This document shows positions 34,689-55,411 of a stretch of DNA of 64,000 bases, piece by piece (within the stretch, counting starts at the first letter, position 1; each line of letters begins with the position of its first letter). The position numbers were made by a program, and so were the translations under genes. The stretch is taken from the NCBI GenBank assembly GCA_013239625.1, contig MU054032.1, forward strand, positions 248,001 through 312,000, written 5' to 3'. The DNA is from Lama guanicoe (Eukaryota). The notes beneath the pieces were generated by a model. It was given only the letters and a program-made list of their open reading frames with translations. It searched no databases and was not told where the DNA came from.

Positions 34689-35570
34689 ATGATGCTGATT
34701 GAGCTACTTCTTTGCTACTACCTGCACGCTGTGGATGCCATTTCATATGAAAACCAGACAAATGTCTTGATGCATCTTCCCTCATCCTTGGGATCCTGGC
34801 CACCTTCCTCAGACCGCTTGTCTTGCCAAATGCTGCTCCCAAAGTCCCTGCCTGGCTTCACCCACATGGCCCCTCTACCCAAGTTTCTGGTAAGCCTGCC
34901 ACTGATGATCGCCCTGGAGGAAGCGGGCTGTCAGGCTGAGGTACAGGTCCTGCAGCTTCAGCTCTATCGCCAGGTGGGTGTAAATGCTACCCAGATCCTC
35001 ATGAGACATCTTCAAGAGCTCGAGAAAAGCAGAAGCACAGGAAGGAGAGTGTCAGTGGATGCCCTGGCCTCTGCTCTGCAGCTGTTGGCCAGGGAGCAAC
35101 CAGGCCCACAGAGGGCCCGACGAGCCATCTCTGTCAAGGACTCTGAACAGGAGCAGGAGCAGGGTGTGTACAATACAGTCCAGCAGTTGCCGGTAGTGGG
35201 AACCTTCTACAACCTGGGCACAGCATTGTATTATGCTGCTCAGAACTGCCTGGACAAGGCCAAGGAACGAGGCCAAGATGGGGTCATAGATCTGGGTTAT
35301 GATCTTCTGATGGCCATGGGTGGGCCCAAGGGACTACTGATCGGTATTGCACTTAAACCTGCAGTGAAGTTTGGGGTTCAACAGCTGATCCAGTATTACA
35401 GTGAGAAAGAGGCAAACACCCCTCCACCCGAGACCAGCAAAGAGGTCTTGGGGGACACCTTAGTTGCGAGTGACCTGGAAGAAACAACTACCATGGTCCC
35501 TTTCGTATCAGAACTAGTCAGTTCAGCACCTTTCTGGAGTTGGAACTTATTCAAGGGCTATGGCTTATAA
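34689..35570 (+). CDS. APOF: Apolipoprotein F (lipid transfer inhibitor protein) precursor, 293 aa from ATG 34689
   Basis: PKSLPGFTHMAPLPKFLVSL, LQLQLYRQ.GVNATQ, RARR convertase site, GTFYNLGTALYYA, IDLGYDLL, GVQQLIQYY. Exon 1 ends at 34412 and exon 2 starts at 34650. An upstream in-frame ATG at 34410 could add 14 aa. Confidence 0.93.
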   Translation: MMLIELLLCYYLHAVDAISYENQTNVLMHLPSSLGSWPPSSDRLSCQMLLPKSLPGFTHMAPLPKFLVSLPLMIALEEAGCQAEVQVLQLQLYRQVGVNATQILMRHLQELEKSRSTGRRVSVDALASALQLLAREQPGPQRARRAISVKDSEQEQEQGVYNTVQQLPVVGTFYNLGTALYYAAQNCLDKAKERGQDGVIDLGYDLLMAMGGPKGLLIGIALKPAVKFGVQQLIQYYSEKEANTPPPETSKEVLGDTLVASDLEETTTMVPFVSELVSSAPFWSWNLFKGYGL

Positions 35571-35699
35571 CCTGGGTATGGGAATCTTGGGGTATAAAAG
35601 AAGGTGGTAAACACAATTACTAGATCTCGTATTCTGACAAGCTCTGTGTGTGTTCAAAATCCAAATCTCTGATACATTATCAAGGAGAAAGGCAGTGCT

Positions 35700-35945
35700 G
35701 TTAAATGTAGGAACTTTAAAGTTTGCAGTTTGGCTGAGGACTTGGTTTTGAATCCAAGCTCCACTTGTTAGAGCTTCAGTGATCGCTGACTAGTAACTTA
35801 AATTCTTTCTCCAAACTCGGTTTTTAAGATTTCTAAAGTGAGGATGATTTTCACTTCAATGGGTTATGCGGACATTAAAAACGATACGTTGTACTAATGC
35901 TTAGCACGATACCATCAATAAACAGGTTTCTGTTGTTCTTGTTGT
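35700..35945 (+). mobile_element. MIR-like SINE fossil containing an AATAAA (35917-35922)
   Basis: TTTGAATCCAAGCTCCACTT...CTCGGTTTT....TCTAAAGTGAGGATGAT...GCTTAGCAC...TCAATAAAC. Confidence 0.6.
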
Positions 35946-35999
35946 TGTCGTTACTTAAGCCCTCCCCTTCCTGTCCCAAAGTGTCGAAATTCCGTCTCG

Positions 36000-36462
36000 C
36001 TTCTTGGCATAGTGCCTCCAAGGTCCTGAGCTAGTCTCGGTTCTGGTCCTGTGGTGCGGGTTCTCGGAAATCAGCTGTTTCAGTCCTTGGCTATTCTATT
36101 CATTGGACTCCTCCCTCCGGAGGCCCGGGGCTCACTTGAGCTTTTCTACCAATCGCCGCGGCTGGAGGTGTGGTTTCGGCTCAGCTTGTCCCGCCCCGCG
36201 GAGAGGGAGGAGTTGTGCTGGCACCAATGAGCTCACAGCCTGGTGAAGAAACGGGCTGAATGGCAGCCAGTGTCCGGGTGCCCAGCTGGGAATGGCGAGT
36301 TTTGAGGTTCAGCAGCTCACAGAAGCTTGCGACAGGGGGCGGTCCCGAGAGGCGGGCCGAAGCCAAGGGCGTCGCAGGAGGTCCTGGTGCCGGAGCTCCC
36401 TCTGGGGACCGGAAGCCTGCACCGGAGCTACTGGAGGAAGCGGGGGCTGAGACCCTGACCAG
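36000..36462 (+). promoter_or_regulatory. STAT2: STAT2 CpG-rich promoter and non-coding exon 1
   Basis: CpG-rich. GAS TTCTCGGAA at 36061-36069, ISRE-like AGTCTCGGTTC at 36033-36043, CCAAT at 36149 and 36224, GC box at 36191. Donor CAG|GTACGA at 36462/36463. Confidence 0.7.
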
Positions 36463-37099
36463 GTACGATCCCTAAGAGGGCGCTCAGGGGTGAGGGTGGA
36501 GGCGCGAGTTTCTCCTTGTGAAGGGAGGCAGGCTCTGGTTGGGTACGCCCGGAAGGAGTCAAGACTCTGTCCCCAGGTTGAAATAGGAGCTGTCGCCTGC
36601 TGCATCCTCCTGTCCAACTTAGGTCCCCAACCCCAAAGCCCACCTCCCCAAACACCCTGTAACTTCCAAGACCCGAAACCTGGCATTGTTGCACTGACTC
36701 AGTGTCTTAGCCAACGCTTTTACCTTCTGGTCTGTGTTATTTTTGATCCTAACCCCCCAAAAAACAATGCCTAAATGTATCATTATTTGTTAAAGTGTAA
36801 GGTATAGGAAGGTGAAACGATTTGCCTAAGGTCACATATAAAATGCAGTTCATTTCAGAATAGCTTGTTGAGCACGCAATATGTGCCTGAGAACATGACG
36901 GATAACTGGAGAAAAATGAATTTACAGTCCTTAACCTCGGTATTTGCAATGTATTTGGGAAGACCAGGTTTTCTGTTTTTGTTTTTCATATTTAAACCTC
37001 ACGGTTTACTTGCCGCCTTGCTCTTTTAATGTCAGCCGATTAGTTCCTGGGGAATTGGGGCCTCGTCATTTGTTTTTTAAAAACAGTACAGGTATACCT

Positions 37100-37197
37100 G
37101 GGGGGAGGGTATAGCTCAGTGGTAGAAATGCGTTCCTAGCACGGAGGAGGTCCTGGGTTCAACTCCCAGTACCTGAAATTGAAAAAAATAAAAATAC
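37100..37197 (+). mobile_element. tRNA-derived SINE (Vic-1-like)
   Basis: GGGGGAGGGTATAGCTCAGTGGTAG...GGTCCTGGGTTCAACTCCCAGTACC plus A tail. Confidence 0.85.
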
Positions 37198-38252
37198 AAG
37201 TACATAGTTTAAAAAGTCAAGTTAACCCTAAAAGAATTAAAATGAAAAATAGGAGCCCCTGGCCAATCCTTTCCTTTCCCTGTTTCTACTTCCCAGAGGT
37301 AGAAAGGCATCTCATTATTATTAACTCTGGTAGAAAAGAATCTCTCCCACCCCAAGCATTTGATCTGTAATAAAGTCGTGTGACCTCTTTTTAGACCACA
37401 GATGTGGGTGTTTATTCTTTTCTGTTAGGCTCAGGCTGCAAGAAGTTTTGATTTCCTAAACAGACAGATGGCAGTGGGCGGGGAAAGGTAGGCAAAGATT
37501 CTCCACCCAGCCTGCTTGGTGACAGGCAAAAGCCAGTTTTGAGTGAAAGTTCTCACAAAGTTGATAATCCACTTGAAGAATCAGAGATTGACTGAGGCCA
37601 TAAAAATGTCAAAATCTTAGGAATTGAGATTAAATACCCTTGCACAGTATTTAAGCATCTTCTAGAATGGAGCTCCTCCTTCCAACATGGAGAGCAGTTT
37701 ATAGGGTGTAACTTATGTTCAAGGAGGTTTTAGCCCCTGGCAAAGCCGTGGGGCCAGCAGGGATAATGCTGAAGTAAATACTTAGGACCAATCTTTAAAC
37801 ACTCCGGCATAAATGAATACAAACACAAACAGATAAATTTAAAATCAATTCATTGGGGGAGATAGATGAAATAAAGATGGTAGAAATATCATTAATGTTC
37901 GTTGAAGCTGGATGATGGGTACATGGATGATCCTTGTGCTAGTCCCTCTACTTTGTTGTGTTTGAAAATTACCACTGAAACAAAAAGGCCTACATATTGG
38001 AGCTCTTAAATAGTACTCCCTGGAAGAATGTGTACCAAACTGATAATACTGGTTACTTCCGGAGAGGAGGGGAAAGGACCAAGATTGGGGGTGGGTGGGG
38101 CAATCTAGACTAATTTTTCTTCTTACCTGTATAATTTAAAATTTTTTAATTTGTGGGGAGGGTTATGTGCGAACTCTCTGTATTTTCTGCTCAATTCTGT
38201 TGTGAACCTGAAACTGCTCTAAATGAATCAAGTCTATATAAAAATGTTTTTA

Positions 38253-38368
38253 GGGGAGGGGATAGCTCAGTGGTAGAGTGCCTACCTAGCATGCACAAGG
38301 TCCTGGTTTCAATCCCCAGTACCCCCACTTAAAAAATAAGTAATTATCTCCTCTCCTAAAAAAAAAAG
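38253..38368 (+). mobile_element. tRNA-derived SINE (Vic-1-like)
   Basis: GGGGAGGGGATAGCTCAGTGGTAGAGTG...TCAATCCCCAGTACC plus A tail. Confidence 0.85.
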
Positions 38369-38425
38369 GGAAAATTTTTTTTTAATTTGTAATAATAAAC
38401 AGTCACGAGACTATGAATGATTTAG

Positions 38426-48725
<10,300 letters not shown>

Positions 48726-49449
48726 GAACTACGTTTCTTCTGTTATTTCCATATGTTTTGCCTATCCTACCCCTCACATCATGAGGATGTGAAATCAGGC
48801 ATGTGCCCCTTCAAAGCTGGATTAACCCTGGGATTTGGAATGAGAGGTGGAAGCATAATATGGGTAAGAAAGAGTCACCAATGAATCAGAACAGATGTTG
48901 GCCATAGTTCCAAGGATCCTGGAGGCTGCCTGCTGTGCTGGGAGGTATAGGGATTCGGGGGCAGGCCAGGACAGTTCAGAGGTACTTGGAGGGCTCAGGG
49001 CAGTGGCTTTTTAGTACAGAAGGATTTCAACATTTTTGTAGCTGATAAGGCTAACCTGGTGCACACTTCATCTTCCTGGGATGCCCTTTCTGCTCAGAAC
49101 TTCTGATCCTGTAGTGATTGGGACTACTGTCTTTGGTGAAATATATACTCTTGGCTAAGAAAGCAGGGAAGGAAACCCTGGGTCAGGGAGCAAGAGGGCC
49201 ACACTTCGGAGCCCTGCTTCCTAATCACAACCTTCTGTGATCTCATTCAACTTGCTTAGCCATATAGGGATTAAGGCCAAAAAGATCCCATTTACTCTAC
49301 ATCCCAGGGAGTCATGAGGAAAGATCCCTCTCCACCATAGCCCTGCAGAGTAGAAGGCTATATTTTGTAGTGCTTTGGCCCTGTTTTTCCATTTTTTCTT
49401 TTTCCCAACAAGCCTAGAAAGTAGACTCAGCTATCCACATAAATAAGTC

Positions 49450-49560
49450 TTTATTGAAAAAAGTACATAATTCATTATAAATATAATAAATAATCCTCCT
49501 CCCCAAACCACTACGAGGATAAATAATCCCCAAATTTCCCTTCCCATGTAATAAATATTC
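49450..49560 (-). promoter_or_regulatory. IL23A 3'-UTR AU-rich elements and polyA signal
   Basis: Minus-strand AATAAA (tttatt at 49450-55), UUAUUUAUU nonamer (aataaataa at 49485-93) and further AUUUA cores. Confidence 0.75.
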
Positions 49561-49737
49561 AACCTTGTCCTAAGGCAGCATCGTAAGTCAGTCAGTATTG
49601 GTAATTTTTCAACAGAGCAAGTCCCCATAAAATTACTAAACTGATTAACTTGTGGGCTCACAGGTGTCTAAGCTGATAGATTCGTTGTAGCATTGCTGAG
49701 CCATGGAGGTCTGGGTGCCACCCTTAAGCTGTTGGAT

Positions 49738-51141
49738 TTAGGGGCTCAGGGTTGCTGCTCCATGGGCAAAGACCCGGGCAGCTACAGCCACAAAGGCCTG
49801 GAGGCTGCGAAGGATCTTGAGGCGGAGAAGAAGACGCTGCCACGGCTGGCTGGGACTGGGGCTTGGAGTCTGCTCAGTCTCCCAGTGGTGACCCTCAGGC
49901 TGAAATGACACAGGACACAATCAGAGAGGATTCTAGATCCTTCAACCCCCAGGCCCTGACACCTGCAAGCCCTCCCCACCCCAGATCCCTAGCTCATACC
50001 TGCAAGAGTTGCCTGAGGCCCAGCAAAGAGGCATGAAGCTGGCCCACAGGGCCATGGGGGAGCAGAGAAGCCTCCCCGGTGAAAATGTCTGAGCCCAGCA
50101 GCTTCTCGTAAAAGACCAGGCCTTGGTGGATCCTTTGCAAGCAGGACTGGACAGAAAAGAAAGCCATGAAAAACACCAGATACCTTCTAATCACTCTATT
50201 TACCGAAGACCCATCTGATGTTTGCCATTCTTAGGCATGGTTGACACCTGAATATTTGCGTCCTCACAGAATTCATATGACCCCCAGCATGATGGCATTA
50301 GGAGTTTGGACCTTTGGGAGATAATTAGGTCATGAGAATGGAGCCCTCATGAATTGGATTATTGCTCTTATACAAGAGACCCACAGAACTCCCTAATCCC
50401 TTCCACAATGTGAGGATACATGAAGTCTGCAACCTGGAAGAGGGCTCTCACTCAGCCATGCAGGTACCCTGATCTCAGACTTTCAGTCTCTAGAACTGTG
50501 AGAAATAAATGTCTCTTGTTTATAAATTACGCAGTCTGTGGTTGGTGGTTATGGAAGGCTGAATGGACAAGGACAAATACAACTTTTACAAATTCACCAT
50601 GGTGTCCAGTTCTGTCCCCAGTCCCCTCTTCCTTGTGGCTCAGCCTCATCTTAGTACCTGACTGTTGTCCCTGAGTCCTTGGGGATCACAGCCATCCTCA
50701 CACTGGATATGGGGGACACCATTTGTAGTTTCATCTTCTCCCTCTTCTCTTGGTAGATCCTGGAATGGAGGAGGGGGTAGAAGAATGAAGAAATAAGTAC
50801 TTTCAAACCCCACCTGGATTCTCAGGCCCTGACTCCCCCTGGAACCCAACCCCCTTGTCCTCTTTTACCCCTTGATGGCCTTCAACCCTCCAGCTTCCAC
50901 CCCAGGCCACAGTCTTCCACTGCAGCCTTGGAGAGTTTGGATGGGCTCCTGTTTGGTCCCAGAGGCTGCCACTCACCACATGTCCCATTGGCAGATGTGC
51001 ACTCCAGGCCAGCGTGCAGAGCTGCTGTGAGAGCTGCTGGCCCTGAACCCAGGCAGGGCTGTTGCCCTCCGGCACAGCCCGGCCCTGAGTGGTCCAGGGC
51101 AGCACCAGCAGCAGCAGCATCACAGCTCTACTTCCCAACAT
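49738..51141 (-). CDS. IL23A: Interleukin-23 subunit alpha (p19), 4 exons, 191 aa
   Basis: [24 protein letters not shown]...[19 protein letters not shown]...[34 protein letters not shown]. Exons: 51141-50977, 50759-50658, 50146-50000, 49899-49738. Confidence 0.96.
50237..50575 (+). mobile_element. MLT1A-like MaLR solo LTR in IL23A intron 2
   Basis: AATTCATATG...TTAGGTCATGAGAATGGAGCCCTCATGAAT.GGATTA...CTGATCTCAGACTTTCAG.CTCTAGAACTGTGAGAAATAAAT...GACA. Confidence 0.82.
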
Positions 51142-51350
51142 CTTGTTGCCTGCTTCTCGAATCTGGCTGGCTCCGTGCCTTGCAGTCCCTGTGGAATCTC
51201 TGTCCACTTCCCCTTGCTCTGAGCCTGATTCTCTCTGTTCTGTGTGTCTCTGGTTTGGTTCCCTCTGTTGTGCACCAAGTTTCTGAGCTGCTTCCTGTAG
51301 ATTTTCTCCCCTTGTCTGAGTCTCTTTTTAAGATCCCTGCATTGTAAGAC

Positions 51351-51460
51351 CCGCCCTTTATACTAGCAGGTGACTCACAGCAGGTGGGATTCCCCTCCCT
51401 GCATCATCCCTCTCCTTGGGGAGCCCAGGTATGCAGCCTCAGCCCAGGGGAAATGAGTCG
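51351..51460 (-). promoter_or_regulatory. IL23A proximal promoter: TATA box, AP-1 and NF-kB sites
   Basis: Minus-strand TATAAA (tttata at 51357-62), TGACTCA at 51371-77, GGGATTCCCC at 51386-95. Confidence 0.8.
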
Positions 51461-52724
51461 TGTGGTTGCTGTGGCTGGAGGCCTGGGATGAGACTTATGT
51501 GTAATGCTCTCCAGGAATCGAAGTGGCTGCGGGGGGGGGGTTGGAGTAATGAATATTTAAATGAATTAAGTCTCAAGTTCCTTCCTGTTTAACCTTTCCC
51601 TCATCTTTTTGCCTCTCAGAGCTATATTCTCCCTCCCTTCAAACCAGCTCTGATTTCCTCACCTCCTCCTGCCTGAGTTAAAAACCAAAAGAGAAGCATT
51701 CATTTATCTCACAATAGAATGGCAAGTTCAGTTTGGAATGAAGTTTGGTTCCCACCTGATGCCCTCAACCTAAGAATAAAGGGGCTTCTTTTTCTCTGTT
51801 GGAAGCGTTTTTTCCACTAGGAGAGAATGTATAAGAAAACACTTTGCGAACTGGGAAGCCACATAAGTTCAGCATAAGGTATTATTGCTCCCTCACTTCA
51901 GGTCTCGCTCTGGAGGCTAGAGAGCTGCTGGAGAGAGAGCTGTGGCTAAGAACCAACTGATTCTTCAGCCTTCGTGGCTCAAGTGTCATGGGCTCTGTGG
52001 GATTCAGGTGATTTTGGGGGGGTGGGGAACACCAGTGTAAGCAAAGGCTAGAAATCCAACTTAGATATTTCAGCACCCAGTCCCTTCCCCATGGCTAGGA
52101 AGTCAGGGAGTTCTGCGTAGTTGAAGGTGCACAGTGTCAATGACTCTGGCTGGTCCTTCAGCCTGTTGCATCCATGGGTAAAATCCGCTGACACTGATTT
52201 CATCACCATCCCTGATGCAACATTCAGTGAAACAGCTGAGAGTGTGAGGTCGGGTGTGGGAGTGGAGGGTGGTCCAAATCTGGGACTGCCCCAACCCCAG
52301 TGGAGGGTCCCAGGACAATTTGGACGTCAGAATGAGGCCATGAATGACCACACAGATGGCTCCCAAAGCCTTCCCAAGAGGTTGACCCTTTTTCTCCGAG
52401 AAATTTACCCTTGATAGAAAAGTCTTCCTTCCCTTAGGACTATGTAAAACTGCCCAATGAAACTTCTGATTCAAATATGACTCTGTGGTAAATCCACTCT
52501 TTGGATAAACATTTCCAGCATTAGAGAGGTTATCTCAGTTTGAGTGAGAAATGGTTTGCCTCTTCTTACATTGGTGGATACACACGGAATAAAGACCTTG
52601 GAGGTGGGGTGTGGGAGGGGGAAGGGGAGATCACCTCACTTTTGTATAATGTCTTCCATGCTTTTACCACCTCTGGTTCTCATTCTGGGAGCCCTTTAGG
52701 ATAGGAGATGGAAGGTGAAAAGGA

Positions 52725-53025
52725 GGAGGAGGAAGTGGAGCCCTGGGGGATGGGATGAGAGGGACAAGGGTGAGTTGGAGGCACGGGGCTTTGTTTCACT
52801 TCCTGGTGCTTCGGGAGCTGGGTAGGAAGCAAGAGTGGTGGGGCGACTGTGGGACTGTTGTGTGACAGGAACTACTTCCAGGACTAGATCTGACCTGAAG
52901 CTGCAAGGAGACCTTGACGTCAGCAGGACCGCAACCGTTATGCAAATTACATTGACAAGACACTCCCATGCAGGCCTTTCCAGTTGGATACCCAGATGCT
53001 AAATCCAGCTGAAGTTTCCCCAGGT
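52725..53025. promoter_or_regulatory. Candidate immune enhancer upstream of IL23A
   Basis: PU.1 GAGGAAGT at 52729, EICE GGAAGTGAAAC (minus, 52793-52803), CRE TGACGTCA at 52915-22, octamer ATGCAAAT at 52940-47, kB-like GGGGAAACTTC (minus, 53011-21). Confidence 0.5.
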
Positions 53026-53054
53026 GGTTAAAATTATGGCTTATACCCAACTCT

Positions 53055-53270
53055 CACTTTATGCCAAGTACTTGATTTAAGCACTTTTCACGTATTAACC
53101 CATTTAATTTTCACAACCACCCAATGAGATAGGTACTATTATTATCCCCATATTACAGATGAGGAAATTGAGATGCAGAGATAAGCAACTTGCTCAAGAT
53201 CACAGAGTTACTAAGTGGCCAAAATTGTACTGCAGATTTCAGAACCTGCATTCTTGGTCATTCCATTATA
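53055..53270 (-). mobile_element. MIR SINE
   Basis: GATAGGTACTATTATTATCCCCAT.TTACAGATGAGGAAA.TGAG...AAGCAACTTGCTCAAG.TCACA. Confidence 0.8.
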
Positions 53271-54289
53271 TTGGACTCTGTAAGGCAACACAGCATCTTA
53301 ATAAAGCAGCTCATTTAGCCCAGGTATCCTTGGTATCTCAGGCCCTGTTACTCTCAGTGTGACCTCTTTCTTAATTTGCGACTTCAATATGGACATTTCT
53401 AAAGATGAACTGTCTGTCTCTCAGCACTGGTCTTTTTGGGAGACTTTAAATCTAGGGACCTGTGAAGTCAGCTGAGTTTGGGAGACCTTCTGAGTTAAGG
53501 TGTTTCTCCATCTATGACCTCTGAATAAGCCTAAGACCTGTCTGAGTCCTGGAAATTTAAATTATTGGATTCTTTTATGAAGGTCTATTTACCAGTCTTT
53601 ATTGAGAGAGAAATGCTTTAAAACTGTATCCTCTATAAGGAATTCCTTTCACCAAAAAGGCCCTCTCTGTGGCCTTTAGAAACTGAGCTAAAAAGCCCCA
53701 GAGACATCTAACAACCTGGATCTATTCCAAAGCAGTTCAAGCTCAGAGATAGACTCCAAGAATTCCTCAGAGCTAGTGTTGACGCTAAACTTCTAAGAGC
53801 TGGGGGAATGCAAGTATCTAAATTCGCCCTGCTCTGCCCCTCTGGGGAATAATGTCCAGCTCCACGAGCTAGGGGAACTTGATAGCTGAGGATTCCCGTT
53901 CCCTGAAAATATTACCGGGGCCTCTAAGGAGGGAATAATCACAGATGGGAGTTTCAAACCGTAAAAGATGCATCTACTTGGGCCGTGTTAGGAGGCTGCC
54001 TCCCGCTTCCTTTTTTCTCTCCCATGCTTGGAAATGATAGGAAATGCCGGCGAGTTTCGGGGGTAACAGAGACGGAGGTGGCTGAGCGCTCACAAGAGCA
54101 CCACAGGAAGAGGGGGTGGACTGGGCCATACTGGGAATACCCAGCAGTCGATTCCCAATGCTTTGGCTTGGGCTCCCCTTATTCTAGTTTCTAAAGCTAT
54201 AGGGAGCATGAAGAGTCGGCTTCCAAGCCTGGGGCTAATTTTGTTCAAAGGAGGCCTAGAAGAGAAGAGGTTACTGTCTAACGAGACCA

Positions 54290-54631
54290 AACACGGACAG
54301 AAGCGGACTCCGTTTGTCCTCAATTGCGTCCCGTAGCTCGTTTTTGCCCAGCTTCCGCGTCATACGTCTTCTCGCGGGGCGGGGGGGGGGGTGTTTGCGC
54401 GCGCGCGCTGTACCTGGCTCCTTCCGATTGGCTGAGGTGAGCCCCTAGCCCTTTCTGATTGGAAGCTGAGACTGGGAGTGCGCCGTCTTTTCCGTCGTAG
54501 AGTTTGGTTGAACCTGAGGCGCGGGGGAGAATTGGGGAAACTGGAATTTCCCGCGGAGCTGACGGCGCTTGCTCTCCCCCTACTCGTTTTAATTCCACGC
54601 GCTCCAAAATATCCGCCATGGAGAAATCTTG
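54290..54631 (+). promoter_or_regulatory. PAN2: PAN2 CpG-island promoter and exon 1
   Basis: CpG-dense. GC box and G-run at 54376-91, (GC)6 at 54397-408, two inverted CCAAT boxes at 54427 and 54458. Donor TTG|GTAATG at 54631/54632. Confidence 0.65.
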
Positions 54632-55384
54632 GTAATGACCCAATCCCCGTAAACATCCCAGGAACACATCTGACCCCTACCTTAATCCCTCCTCTCCCCG
54701 CTGCCGCCGGGGGAGAATTATGGGTAATTGATTTTTCTGGTTCCCCAAGAGAATTCTGGGTAACTAGCTATTTCCATCACGTCCCCCCACCTCCGCCCCA
54801 ATTGTGGGTAGATGGCCATTCTTATTTTCCCTTGGAGAATCCTGGGTAACATTGTAGAGGATTCTAGGAAACTGACTTCTCTTGTACTCACCTCTCAACC
54901 ACCCACCCCCACCCCTAATTCTGGGAAACAGGCACTTTAGCTCCCTCTACCTAACTCCTACCCCTGCAGTTGCTGCTCGTTCCACTGTTGGTTCAGGAAT
55001 GAACCAGGCAAGTGGGAGGCCTGAAGGGAGGTGAAAGGGAAGTCAAGGATTAAGTTAGCTATGGGGTGGTGGGGAGTACAGAGTGCCTAGAGGAGAAGAG
55101 GAAGGGGCAACAGTTCTACCTCTACCCGACTTCCCATCCCCTTCCTGCCTGCTTCATCCCCTGCTTAGCATTCTCACATCTGCCTGCTTCATCTCCCTCC
55201 TGCTGGTAAAACCTAGAACACACTAAATACAAGTACCTCGTCCTACCCCTGACTCAGTTACCTCTTTCCCTTTGCAGGTCAGGATGTCCATTCTAGGTCC
55301 ACTGGTGCTATTCTGCTGAAGGTTGGGTCAGGCATCCAAAGGGGCTGTGGCAAGGGAGGGTGTGACACAGGTCTAACCTGCTGC

Positions 55385-55411
55385 CATCATCATCATCATC
55401 ATCATCATCAT
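55385..55411 (+). repeat. (CAT)9 trinucleotide repeat abutting the PAN2 start codon
   Basis: Seen directly; the last unit overlaps the ATG at 55410. Confidence 0.95.

Noticed and set aside
51030..51050. IL23A has WVQG where human has WTQC
   Set aside because: I recall Gly here in other artiodactyl p19 sequences, so it is probably not specific to this lineage (unverified).
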